Assembly (NCBI GenBank): GCA_963677105.1
Contig: OY781871.1
Span: forward strand, 720,001 to 752,000
DNA length: 32,000 nt
Source of the DNA: Candidatus Saccharimonadota bacterium
GTDB taxonomy: Bacteria > Patescibacteriota > Gracilibacteria > UBA4473
Direction of reading: 5' to 3'
The notes beneath the pieces are model-generated. The model was not told where the DNA came from and did no database searches. It was given only the letters and a program-made list of their open reading frames with translations. Position 1 is the first letter of the stretch, and every line of letters starts with the position of its first letter. Position numbers and translations under genes: made by a program. Positions 15,429-23,377 of the stretch are shown piece by piece.

Positions 15429-16075
15429 TGTAAAAAGTCGTTAGTTGAGCGAATAGTTGCAAATCCGTACGCCATATTTTTTAAACTTGCGAGATGTAAT
15501 TCTTCGCTTTTTGTAGCGGTTGCATCCATCGGAACGAACACGTTGAAATGTTCTTCAAATGCTTCGCGCGCAGCTGTTTCACAACACAAATTTGTTAACA
15601 CTCCACAAATAATAATATTTTTTGTATCAGATTTGTTGAGTAAATTTTTCAATTTCGCTGCTTCTGGTGCGCGAAAAGTGCTGTAAGAATTTTTTCTCAA
15701 AACAAGATCGCCTGGTTGAATGTCGAGATTTTCTGATAGTGTATCGTCGGAAATAGAATTGTTTTTCCAAAAGTTTCCAAGAGGATCAGGTTCTCCTTTT
15801 TTCACACTGAAATATGTAAAAATCACTGGACGATTTTTCTCATGAAAATTTGTAACGAGATGAGTAATATTATTTTCCACAATTTCTCCCGGTGCAGTAT
15901 AGGCATGAGATTTTTTATCTAAAAAATATTCTTGCATATCAACTACCAAAAGTGCGGCGTTGTTTATATCAAATGCTTTTTCTCGTTTTGAAAAAGGTTC
16001 CAGAATTGATCGCCATTCAATGAGTTTTGAATCGTAGTTTTCAAGAGTAAGATAGGGGATTCTTTGTTCGTTCAT
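15425..16075 (-). CDS. Isochorismatase-family (cysteine) hydrolase
   Basis: 216 aa. Family motifs are NAALLVVDMQEYFLD, LRKNSYSTF and IIICGVLTNLCCETAAREAF. The stop overlaps the start of the TrxR-like gene (ATGA). Confidence 0.85.
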   Translation of the reverse strand: MNEQRIPYLTLENYDSKLIEWRSILEPFSKREKAFDINNAALLVVDMQEYFLDKKSHAYTAPGEIVENNITHLVTNFHEKNRPVIFTYFSVKKGEPDPLGNFWKNNSISDDTLSENLDIQPGDLVLRKNSYSTFRAPEAAKLKNLLNKSDTKNIIICGVLTNLCCETAAREAFEEHFNVFVPMDATATKSEELHLASLKNMAYGFATIRSTNDFLQ

Positions 16076-16106
16076 CGCAAATGTTGTAACAGAATTTTGA
16101 AGAATC

Positions 16107-16727
16107 TCAAAACAACTTTCCCTGCGTCAATACCGTTTTCAAAGGATTATATGACGTTCGATGCTCAGGACAGTAGATTTCTTGTTTCAAAAGTTCAATA
16201 TGCGATTTCACACCGTATCCAGAATTGCTTTTAAATCCGAATTGTGGATATTTTTTTCCTAATTCAATCATGTAATCATCTCGTGTTACTTTTGCCACAA
16301 TTGATGCAGCAGAAATTGCAGGAATTTTGTCATCGCCCTTGATGTATTCTTCACAAGGAATTGAAAACTGAAAATGATCATTTCCATCAATTAACAGTGT
16401 TTGGGGTTTTGTTTTTAAGTTTTCAACAGCGCGTTGCATCGCTTTTCGCGTTGCTTTTTTTACACCGAGTTTATCCACTTCTTTTGACGAACTAAATCCC
16501 GTGGACCAAGTGCATTTTTCTTGAATGAAAATAAAAAGTTCTCGACGTTGTTTGTCGGTCAGTTTTTTGCTATCACGCAATTCTTCTATAGAAAAAAATT
16601 CAGGAAGGATGACGGCCCCAGCAACAATTGGTCCAGCGAGCGCTCCACGTCCAGCCTCATCAATTCCTGCAAGTAAAAGAGAATTCATTACTTCCATTGT
16701 AATTTGAAACAGAAAAAAATCGAGCAT
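16107..16727 (-). CDS. rnhB: Ribonuclease HII
   Basis: Contains LLAGIDEAGRGALAGPIVAGAV, DSKKLT..R and SAASIVAKVTRD. The true start may be an internal Met (M14 at 16688, MNSLLLAGIDE...) rather than 16727. Confidence 0.9.
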   Translation of the reverse strand: MLDFFLFQITMEVMNSLLLAGIDEAGRGALAGPIVAGAVILPEFFSIEELRDSKKLTDKQRRELFIFIQEKCTWSTGFSSSKEVDKLGVKKATRKAMQRAVENLKTKPQTLLIDGNDHFQFSIPCEEYIKGDDKIPAISAASIVAKVTRDDYMIELGKKYPQFGFKSNSGYGVKSHIELLKQEIYCPEHRTSYNPLKTVLTQGKLF

Positions 16728-16768
16728 TGATATGCCCGATTTTTACATTTTGAATAATGAAATTTTTC

Positions 16769-18070
16769 CTAAATTCGTCCTCGCAATTTCATTGCTGTAA
16801 CAATTCGTTCTACTCCTAAAACAAAAGCTGCTTCACGATGTGAAATGTTATATTCTTCTTTGATTTTTACAAGATCATCGAACGCATTATCCATCACTTT
16901 TTTCAATTTTGTTATCACATATTCTTCTTCCCACACATCTCCACTTCGATTTTGTACCCATTCAAAATAAGAAACAGTTACTCCACCAGCATTTGCAAGA
17001 ATATCTGGAATCACAGCAATTCCTTTCTTTTCTAAGATACTATCTGCTTCTGGAGTTATGGGTCCATTTGCTAATTCTAAAATAATTTTCGCTTTAATTT
17101 TGTTAGCATTTTCTTCGTGAATTACTCCATCTAAAGCCGCAAGAACAAGTACATCTACATCGAGTTGAAGTAACTCTTCATTTGAAACGGTTTTCACATT
17201 TTCCCGTTTCATTTTTTCAATATCACATGAATCTCCTTCGCAGAAATTCCCGCGGAGAGATCCCGCTTGTTTTTTCCAATCTGTTAATTTTGCGACATCA
17301 AACGCGTCGCTATCACAATCGCAGAAAACTCCTCCACGTGAGTCTGATGCTGCTACAACTTTAAATCCAGCTTTGTGTGCTAGTTCTGCAAAATATGCTC
17401 CAGCATTTCCAAATCCTTGTACAGCAACAGTCGTTTCGGATGCTTTTTTTCCAGTCTTTTCTAAATATTTTTCTAGCACAAATAATCCTCCTTGACTGGT
17501 TGCATATGATCGTCCAAGAGAACCACCAAGTTCCAGTGGTTTTCCAGTAATAGCTCCAGGAGAAAGATATCCAAGAACTTTTTCATGCTCATCGAGCATC
17601 CACGCCATAACTTGAGGAGTTGTATACACATCGGGCGCAGGAACATCTCTGTTTACACCAAAAACTCCCTTTTCCGTTCCCCAACGAAAATAAGCACGAC
17701 TCATTCGTTCTAATTCCGTTTTTGAGAGTTCTTTTGGGTTTATTTGAATTCCACCCTTCCCTCCGCCCATGGGAATATTTACGACAGCACATTTGAGCGA
17801 CATCAGAGAAGCGAGTGCTTTTACTTCATCGAGATCTGCTTCATGATGAAATCGAATTCCTCCTTTGTATGGTCCTCGAGCAGAGTTGTGTTCTACTCGA
17901 TATCCAGGAACTTTTTTTGTTTCTCCAGAATCGAGTTTGAATTCAATTTCTGTGTCATGAATATGTTCGGGAGTTTCGAGAGCTTTAAGAGCAGTATCAG
18001 ATAGACCAATCGTTTTGGAAGCTGATCGTAAATTGATAAGAAAGTTTTCAAATGGTTTTTTTGTAGTCAT
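16769..18070 (-). CDS. gdhA: Glutamate dehydrogenase (Glu/Leu/Phe/Val dehydrogenase family)
   Basis: 433 aa. Motifs present: GPYKGGIRFH, KCAVVNIPMGGGKGG, VAVQGFGNAG, GGVTVSYFEWVQN. Confidence 0.93.
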   Translation of the reverse strand: MTTKKPFENFLINLRSASKTIGLSDTALKALETPEHIHDTEIEFKLDSGETKKVPGYRVEHNSARGPYKGGIRFHHEADLDEVKALASLMSLKCAVVNIPMGGGKGGIQINPKELSKTELERMSRAYFRWGTEKGVFGVNRDVPAPDVYTTPQVMAWMLDEHEKVLGYLSPGAITGKPLELGGSLGRSYATSQGGLFVLEKYLEKTGKKASETTVAVQGFGNAGAYFAELAHKAGFKVVAASDSRGGVFCDCDSDAFDVAKLTDWKKQAGSLRGNFCEGDSCDIEKMKRENVKTVSNEELLQLDVDVLVLAALDGVIHEENANKIKAKIILELANGPITPEADSILEKKGIAVIPDILANAGGVTVSYFEWVQNRSGDVWEEEYVITKLKKVMDNAFDDLVKIKEEYNISHREAAFVLGVERIVTAMKLRGRI

Positions 18071-18211
18071 TTTATTTAGGAATAAGAAATATTGTTTGAA
18101 CGATATTAAGAGGAGATAAAAGATGCGTCAAAACTTTAATCTTTTTGTTCAGTGTAAAAAATAGACGAGTTTTTACATGATTTTTAACGCTAATTTTTTT
18201 CTTGTAAAAAG

Positions 18212-18240
18212 TTGACAAACAAAGGGTATCCGACTAAATT
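18212..18240 (+). promoter_or_regulatory. Candidate sigma-70 promoter of rpmH-rnpA-yidC
   Basis: TTGACA (18212-18217), 17-nt spacer, TAAATT (18235-18240), 31 nt before the rpmH ATG. Confidence 0.5.
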
Positions 18241-18271
18241 GCGCCCGAAATAGAACTTTGAATTCTTCCAA

Positions 18272-18424
18272 ATGATTGCAAAACGACGATGGCGAAAACG
18301 AATGAGAACTCATGGGTTCCGAGCACGAATGCAGACTGCTACAGGACGAAGAGTCCTTGCTGCTCGTCGTAAAAAAGGAAGAAAGCTGTTGAGCGTAGAA
18401 GGAAAAGCTTCTTCTTGGAACTAA
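18272..18424 (+). CDS. rpmH: 50S ribosomal protein L34 (not in the ORF track, under 60 aa)
   Basis: Hand-translated as [50 protein letters not shown]. It has the HGFRARM core and the (A)RRxKGRKxL tail of L34. It sits in the canonical position upstream of rnpA. Confidence 0.9.
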   Translation: MIAKRRWRKRMRTHGFRARMQTATGRRVLAARRKKGRKLLSVEGKASSWN

Positions 18425-18433
18425 TCCATTTTC

Positions 18434-18763
18434 ATGTTGGCACGTAAATATAGATTCACAACTCGGCTTTTTGACCGAGTTTTTCGTCGTTCACGACGGA
18501 TTCGTATTGATGGATGGACATTTTTAGTTTCTCAATCGCGTGGTGTACCGAGATTTGCCGTTGTAGTTGGAAAAAAAATATCAAAAAGTGCCGTAGAACG
18601 AAATAAAATTCGTCGTCAGATATATCCAATTTTTGAAGCAAAATTACGAGATAAAGTGGACAGTAATGTGATTTTTCTGTACAACGGAGGCGCTAAATTT
18701 GAGCGACGCGAATCATTATTATCAGCGTGTGATCAGTTAATTATTCAACTTTCAAATACATGA
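18434..18763 (+). CDS. rnpA: Ribonuclease P protein component
   Basis: 109 aa and basic. Contains RFAVVVGKKISKSAVERNKIRRQI (RNR-type motif). Synteny is rpmH-rnpA-yidC. The stop overlaps the yidC start (ATGA). Confidence 0.85.
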   Translation: MLARKYRFTTRLFDRVFRRSRRIRIDGWTFLVSQSRGVPRFAVVVGKKISKSAVERNKIRRQIYPIFEAKLRDKVDSNVIFLYNGGAKFERRESLLSACDQLIIQLSNT

Positions 18764-20022
18764 CAGAGAAAAAACAGTTTTCAATAGGGAGTTTCCTAAA
18801 AAGTTTTTTAATTTGGTTTGCCATATTCTATGTAATTATGTGGGGATATCAAAAATTATTTGCACCAGAACCAGAAATAGAAACTCCACTGGATGGTGGT
18901 ATAACTATCGAAACAGTTAGAGGAGGAGATGAGCTCACAACTGGAAATCTTGCTCAGTGGATTATTACGAATAATTCAGAGAATGCGATTACATTTAATT
19001 CACCATGTGAAGCGGAAAGTTCTTCCCTCCAGGTTTTACAATTAGAATTAGGAGAGAAAAAAGTAGTTACAGATTTTTCAGATTGTGGAGAATTTTCTCT
19101 TGAAGATTTTACTATTCAACCAAAAGAGTCACATGTGTTTCATTTACGAGACTGGAATCAAGAACTTTTTTCGCAAGAGGGAACATATGCGATATCCATG
19201 GCTTTTGAAATAGAGGAAAGTGATCAAGAACCACTACTTATACAGTCAGAAGTAATTGAATTTAAAGATCCGAATCTTATCAAACGTTTATTTCGTGCAT
19301 TAATCAGCCAACCGTTATTTAATTTATTAGTTATATTATCGCAACGTATGGCTTTTGGATGGGCGATTGTTGTTTTAACAATTCTTGTTCGTTTGGCGCT
19401 TTATTTACCAAACCAGAATGCAATGAAATCGCAGCGTCGGATGCAACAATTGCAACCAAAACTTGATGAGTTACGAAAAAAATATGGAAAAGATCAGCAA
19501 CAAATGGCGAAGAAAACAATGGAGTTGTATAAGACACATAAAGTGTCTCCAATGAGCTCCTGTTGGCCAATGTTAATTCAGTTACCGATTATGATCGGAG
19601 TGTATTGGATCGTTCGTGACGGACTTTCTCCTCACTTAAGTCATTTGCTCTATTCATTTAATCTAAACGTAGATCTTACTAATTTCGATGAAATGTTTTT
19701 GGGATTAGATCTTACAAAAAGAAATTTATTAGTATTACCAATTATTGTTGCTGTAGCACAGTGGTGCGCAGTTAAGTTATCAATGGTTCGAGCAAAGAAA
19801 CGAACGAAAAAAGATACTACAAACGCAAAAACGCCAAGTCAGATGGAGCAAATGAATACAATGATGTTGTGGGTAATGCCAGCAATGATGGGGTTTTTCA
19901 CGGCAACATTTCCTGCGGCAGTAGGAATCTATTGGTTTACGAGTACGGTTTTTGCTATTGGACAACAATGGGTTGTAAATCACTTATTAGAGAAGCCACA
20001 GATTATAAAAAAAGTAGTTTAA
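18760..20022 (+). CDS. yidC: Membrane protein insertase YidC
   Basis: 420 aa. An N-terminal TM is followed by a ~150-aa extracytoplasmic domain. The conserved 60-kDa insertase core follows (ILVRLALYLP, MQQLQPKLDELRKKYGKDQQQMAKKTMELYKTHKVSPMSSCWPMLIQLPI, AAVGIYWFTS). Confidence 0.9.
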   Translation: MTEKKQFSIGSFLKSFLIWFAIFYVIMWGYQKLFAPEPEIETPLDGGITIETVRGGDELTTGNLAQWIITNNSENAITFNSPCEAESSSLQVLQLELGEKKVVTDFSDCGEFSLEDFTIQPKESHVFHLRDWNQELFSQEGTYAISMAFEIEESDQEPLLIQSEVIEFKDPNLIKRLFRALISQPLFNLLVILSQRMAFGWAIVVLTILVRLALYLPNQNAMKSQRRMQQLQPKLDELRKKYGKDQQQMAKKTMELYKTHKVSPMSSCWPMLIQLPIMIGVYWIVRDGLSPHLSHLLYSFNLNVDLTNFDEMFLGLDLTKRNLLVLPIIVAVAQWCAVKLSMVRAKKRTKKDTTNAKTPSQMEQMNTMMLWVMPAMMGFFTATFPAAVGIYWFTSTVFAIGQQWVVNHLLEKPQIIKKVV

Positions 20023-20043
20023 ATTACTTATATACTCAATAAA

Positions 20044-20070
20044 TCGTTGGCGAAAGCTGGCGATTTTTTA
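20044..20070 (+). terminator. Probable rho-independent terminator after yidC
   Basis: CGTTGGC gaaa GCTGGCG hairpin (7 bp including three G:U pairs) followed by ATTTTTTA. Confidence 0.4.
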
Positions 20071-20114
20071 TAACAAATATTTTTTAAAGAGAGTAGACTT
20101 GAAGTATAATTTAT

Positions 20115-20909
20115 TTGATGAAGGAAAAATGTGCAGCATTAGTTTGCTCTGGAGGAGGAGCTTTGGGAGCAGCAGAATTAGGAGTTTTGTCTGAATTAGA
20201 AAAAGATGGTCGAAGATATGATTTTTTTGCCGGAGTAAGTGTTGGTGCTATCATTTGTGCATTAAAGGCATTTGGTTTCTCTACACAGGAAGTAGTAGAT
20301 TTTGCATTTGACACAGATTTTTTAGAAATGACGTTTGATTTTACGATCAATAATTATGGTATTTTGCATGGAGAAAAATTTTCTCAAGCATTACGAAAAA
20401 TATTGAAAGATACTCGTATTGAAGAACTAAAATATCCATTATTTATTGGTTCAACTGATTTTAATACTGGAGAAAGAGTTATTCTTACAAAAGGAGACAT
20501 TGTTGATGCATTACGTGCATCGTGTTGCGTTCCGGTTTTATTTAAACCATTTTATCATACAGAACAAGGTCGCTGGCTTGTTGATGGCGGATTGACACAA
20601 AATTTTCCAATAGATATTGCAATAGAAAACTATACAGGAAATTTAATAACGGGGATTGATGTTAGTGGTGCAATTGGGAACGAAATCGATTTTAATAAGG
20701 AAGATTTATTTAAGAAAACAAAAGATTTGCAAAATATTATGACGCGTACGTTTCGTATCATATTTTTGTCCCAACAAAATCATTTTTTAGAAGATGATCG
20801 AGTTGAAATTTTTAAACCAAATGTGGGACATTTACAGGCAATTAATGTTCGTAATAAAAACTTACAAGCATTGTATGCTTGTGGAAAAGAATGTGTGAAT
20901 GGAGTTTAA
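20115..20909 (+). CDS. Patatin-like phospholipase
   Basis: 264 aa. Oxyanion motif is CSGGGALGAAELGVL, nucleophile GxSxG is GVSVGA, and the catalytic Asp is in VDGGLTQNFP. The start is TTG at 20115 or ATG at 20118. Confidence 0.85.
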   Translation: MMKEKCAALVCSGGGALGAAELGVLSELEKDGRRYDFFAGVSVGAIICALKAFGFSTQEVVDFAFDTDFLEMTFDFTINNYGILHGEKFSQALRKILKDTRIEELKYPLFIGSTDFNTGERVILTKGDIVDALRASCCVPVLFKPFYHTEQGRWLVDGGLTQNFPIDIAIENYTGNLITGIDVSGAIGNEIDFNKEDLFKKTKDLQNIMTRTFRIIFLSQQNHFLEDDRVEIFKPNVGHLQAINVRNKNLQALYACGKECVNGV

Positions 20910-21036
20910 GTTTAAAAAATTAGAAATATCCAATAATTGATTTGTGAATTATTTTATTCCGTTTTTGTTCGTATTTAACCGTTTATAGCGTGTAAAACGC
21001 TTGCTTTTTTTGTCATAATCTGGTTTAATTACAAGA

Positions 21037-22125
21037 TTGTGTTTTGCACAACAAATAAATTATATGGAATATCTTACCGTTATTGGAACAGTGATAAAAT
21101 TTGGTGCTATGAGCGCCTTACCAATTGTGTGTTGGATTCTGTTTTTTCAAAAGCAAAATCCTGAAAATAAAACATTTATATTTTGGACATTTGTAGCAGG
21201 TATGTTAGCAGTATTACCGATTAAAGTGTATGAAAGAATATGGAATATTTCGATATTATATTTAGAACATGTGAATATGTTTAAATATATTGCGGATTTA
21301 ATTCATTTTCCTTCATTCCCTCGCATGTTGGCGTTTATTGTCGTAAGTGCAATTGTCGCAACAGCAATTTTCTTTTCGGTCGCAATTTTGATGTTTCTGG
21401 TTGAAGTATGTTGTGCAAGAGAAAATACAATGCGATCATTTCGGCATAAATGTATGAAAATTTCAGAATCACCACTTATTTTTCTTATGGTGGGAATTGT
21501 ATTTGGTATTGCTGCTTATTTTTTATCATCCGTTTTTCCCTCAAAAATATGGTTTTTTGTGGTAGTTGGGATGCTAGAAGAGTTTGTGAAATATCTTATG
21601 TTACGTTTTGCCGACGAAGAAAAAATACGATCAGTGTCAGATGCTATTTCGTTTTCAATTATGATTGCATTGGGGTTTGCATTTATTGAAAATATTATTT
21701 ATCTCGCACGATTTTGGGAAAATGTGAATGGCGTTTTATCTTCATTTTCCGCATTTTATTTATTGAGATCAACTGTTTCAGTCATTGCACATGTATGTTT
21801 TTCTGCGATTTTGGGATATTTTTATGGAGTCGCAAACTTCTCTTCTGAAATTTACAAAGAAGAAGTACAAAAAAATCAATGTAGAATTTTACGTTGGATG
21901 CATCGATTGTTTCATATTCGTGGAATGGTTTTATTTCATGAAGCAAAACTTCTTGAAGGAATGTTATTGGCAATGATAGTACATGCAATATTTAATTCTC
22001 TTCTTGAACTAGGACAAATAGGATTAATATTTCCATTACTTTTTATTATTTTTGCGTTTGTATTAAATCTTTTACATAGAAAATCTACCCACGTTCGTCG
22101 TGGATTGTTATTGTATCGTACATGA
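21037..22125 (+). CDS. PrsW-family intramembrane metalloprotease
   Basis: Polytopic. PrsW motifs are GMLEEFVKY (EExxK), LGFAFIENIIY, AHVCF and VHAIFNS (HxxxN). The most likely start is the ATG at 21064, because the ORF-track start at 21037 is a non-ATG codon. Confidence 0.7.
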   Translation: MCFAQQINYMEYLTVIGTVIKFGAMSALPIVCWILFFQKQNPENKTFIFWTFVAGMLAVLPIKVYERIWNISILYLEHVNMFKYIADLIHFPSFPRMLAFIVVSAIVATAIFFSVAILMFLVEVCCARENTMRSFRHKCMKISESPLIFLMVGIVFGIAAYFLSSVFPSKIWFFVVVGMLEEFVKYLMLRFADEEKIRSVSDAISFSIMIALGFAFIENIIYLARFWENVNGVLSSFSAFYLLRSTVSVIAHVCFSAILGYFYGVANFSSEIYKEEVQKNQCRILRWMHRLFHIRGMVLFHEAKLLEGMLLAMIVHAIFNSLLELGQIGLIFPLLFIIFAFVLNLLHRKSTHVRRGLLLYRT

Positions 22126-22132
22126 AGTCAGC

Positions 22133-23275
22133 TCAGTCGCTGTATTTTTGTCGTCGATTTATATCGAGAGACTCATCATATTCATATACAGCTCGTCCAA
22201 CTCGTTTAAAGAATGGATATTTTTGTAAACTAAGTGAGATGGTTCCCAATCGAACATCACGTTTTTCCAATACTTTTTGAATAATTTCTTGACGTTTCAT
22301 TGCTCCATTATTTTCAACTAACACAGATCGGATTAAATCACATACTGTTCCAGCAGCAAGTCCCCATTCACGTAATCCATACAATCCTCGTCCCACTAAA
22401 ACAAACTCATCATGACGAATCAACTCGTTGTGACTTGCTTGAGGCGTTACGCGTTTTCGATCTGGAAAGTCTGCAGTGATTGCTTGCATTATGTCACTGA
22501 AATGCATTGGTTTTTCGTTCTTTTTTAACACAATTTGAATACAATCTTTTATTGATCGTGGATTAATAAATCGCCATGATTTCAATCCCCATTGACCAGT
22601 TTCTGTTTCTAATAAATTCCAATCAATATACATCACAGAACGAAGAAGTTCTTCTGAATGTTTTTCTGAGAGTGCTGCACTAATGTTTTCAAAAGACTGA
22701 ACTGTTTTTTGTTGTGTCAAAAACTTTTTAACATCTTTCATTGCTAACTTTACCGTGCTCGCAGCAATACTGTTTACATGCCAGAATGTTCGGTGGAATT
22801 GGTTTTTCTCTTGTTTTTGTACGCTTCGAGACACCTTCAACGTGAATTTCAATGAATTGATATCTACCATACTTGGTTCATCAATATGTTTTAACATTTC
22901 AGAGATCAAAAGATCTTCTACTACAACTCCTCCACGAGCTTCAAGTATTTGCTGAGCAAGTTCATGTAAAACACGAATGCTCTTGTCTTGAGAAATACGA
23001 ACTAATTTTTGGATAGCAACTGCTTCAATCTGTCTAATTCGTTCTCGAGTAACCGAATATCGTTTCCCAATATGATCCAATGTTTCACGTTGAGGATAAC
23101 CAATAGCAAATCGTCGCTCAATAACATCTTTTTCCTTTTTGGAAAGTAACCCAAGAAGGCGTGTCATAAGCGTACCAAAATCAACTTGCACTTTCTCGGC
23201 TGCAGGAGATGGAACGTTCATATTTCTTTTAAGAAAATCTACGCATAGAATACGAACCTCTCGGCAACTTGTCAA
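22133..23275 (-). CDS. Sigma-70 region-4 domain protein fused to HARE-HTH-like winged-helix domains
   Basis: aa 44-93, SKKEKDVIERRFAIGYPQRETLDHIGKRYSVTRERIRQIEAVAIQKLV, is a near-textbook RpoD region 4.2. No region 2 is present. C-terminal segments end in GQWGLKSW and GRGLYGLREWG, the HARE-HTH (PF05066) type ending. An alternative start is M19 at 23221. Confidence 0.7.
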   Translation of the reverse strand: MTSCREVRILCVDFLKRNMNVPSPAAEKVQVDFGTLMTRLLGLLSKKEKDVIERRFAIGYPQRETLDHIGKRYSVTRERIRQIEAVAIQKLVRISQDKSIRVLHELAQQILEARGGVVVEDLLISEMLKHIDEPSMVDINSLKFTLKVSRSVQKQEKNQFHRTFWHVNSIAASTVKLAMKDVKKFLTQQKTVQSFENISAALSEKHSEELLRSVMYIDWNLLETETGQWGLKSWRFINPRSIKDCIQIVLKKNEKPMHFSDIMQAITADFPDRKRVTPQASHNELIRHDEFVLVGRGLYGLREWGLAAGTVCDLIRSVLVENNGAMKRQEIIQKVLEKRDVRLGTISLSLQKYPFFKRVGRAVYEYDESLDINRRQKYSD

Positions 23276-23377
23276 ACATTTTTTCTGTTTTTTCCTTATA
23301 TTTTATATCTTTTGCAAGAAAAGTTTTGAAAATGTATTCATACACTGTAGAATTCAGGGGATTTTTATTCTACAATA

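Noticed and set aside
18071-18271. oriC or DnaA boxes next to rpmH-rnpA-yidC
   Set aside because: There is no TTATCCACA-like 9-mer on either strand (the closest, GTATCCGAC, has too many mismatches), no dnaA gene and no AT-rich repeat unwinding element pattern.
20115-20909. Patatin-like phospholipase as a CBASS-type or other defence effector
   Set aside because: There is no cyclase/nucleotidyltransferase, sensor or other defence-type neighbour. It is flanked by yidC and a PrsW-like gene, and its size and motifs fit a housekeeping RssA-like lipase.
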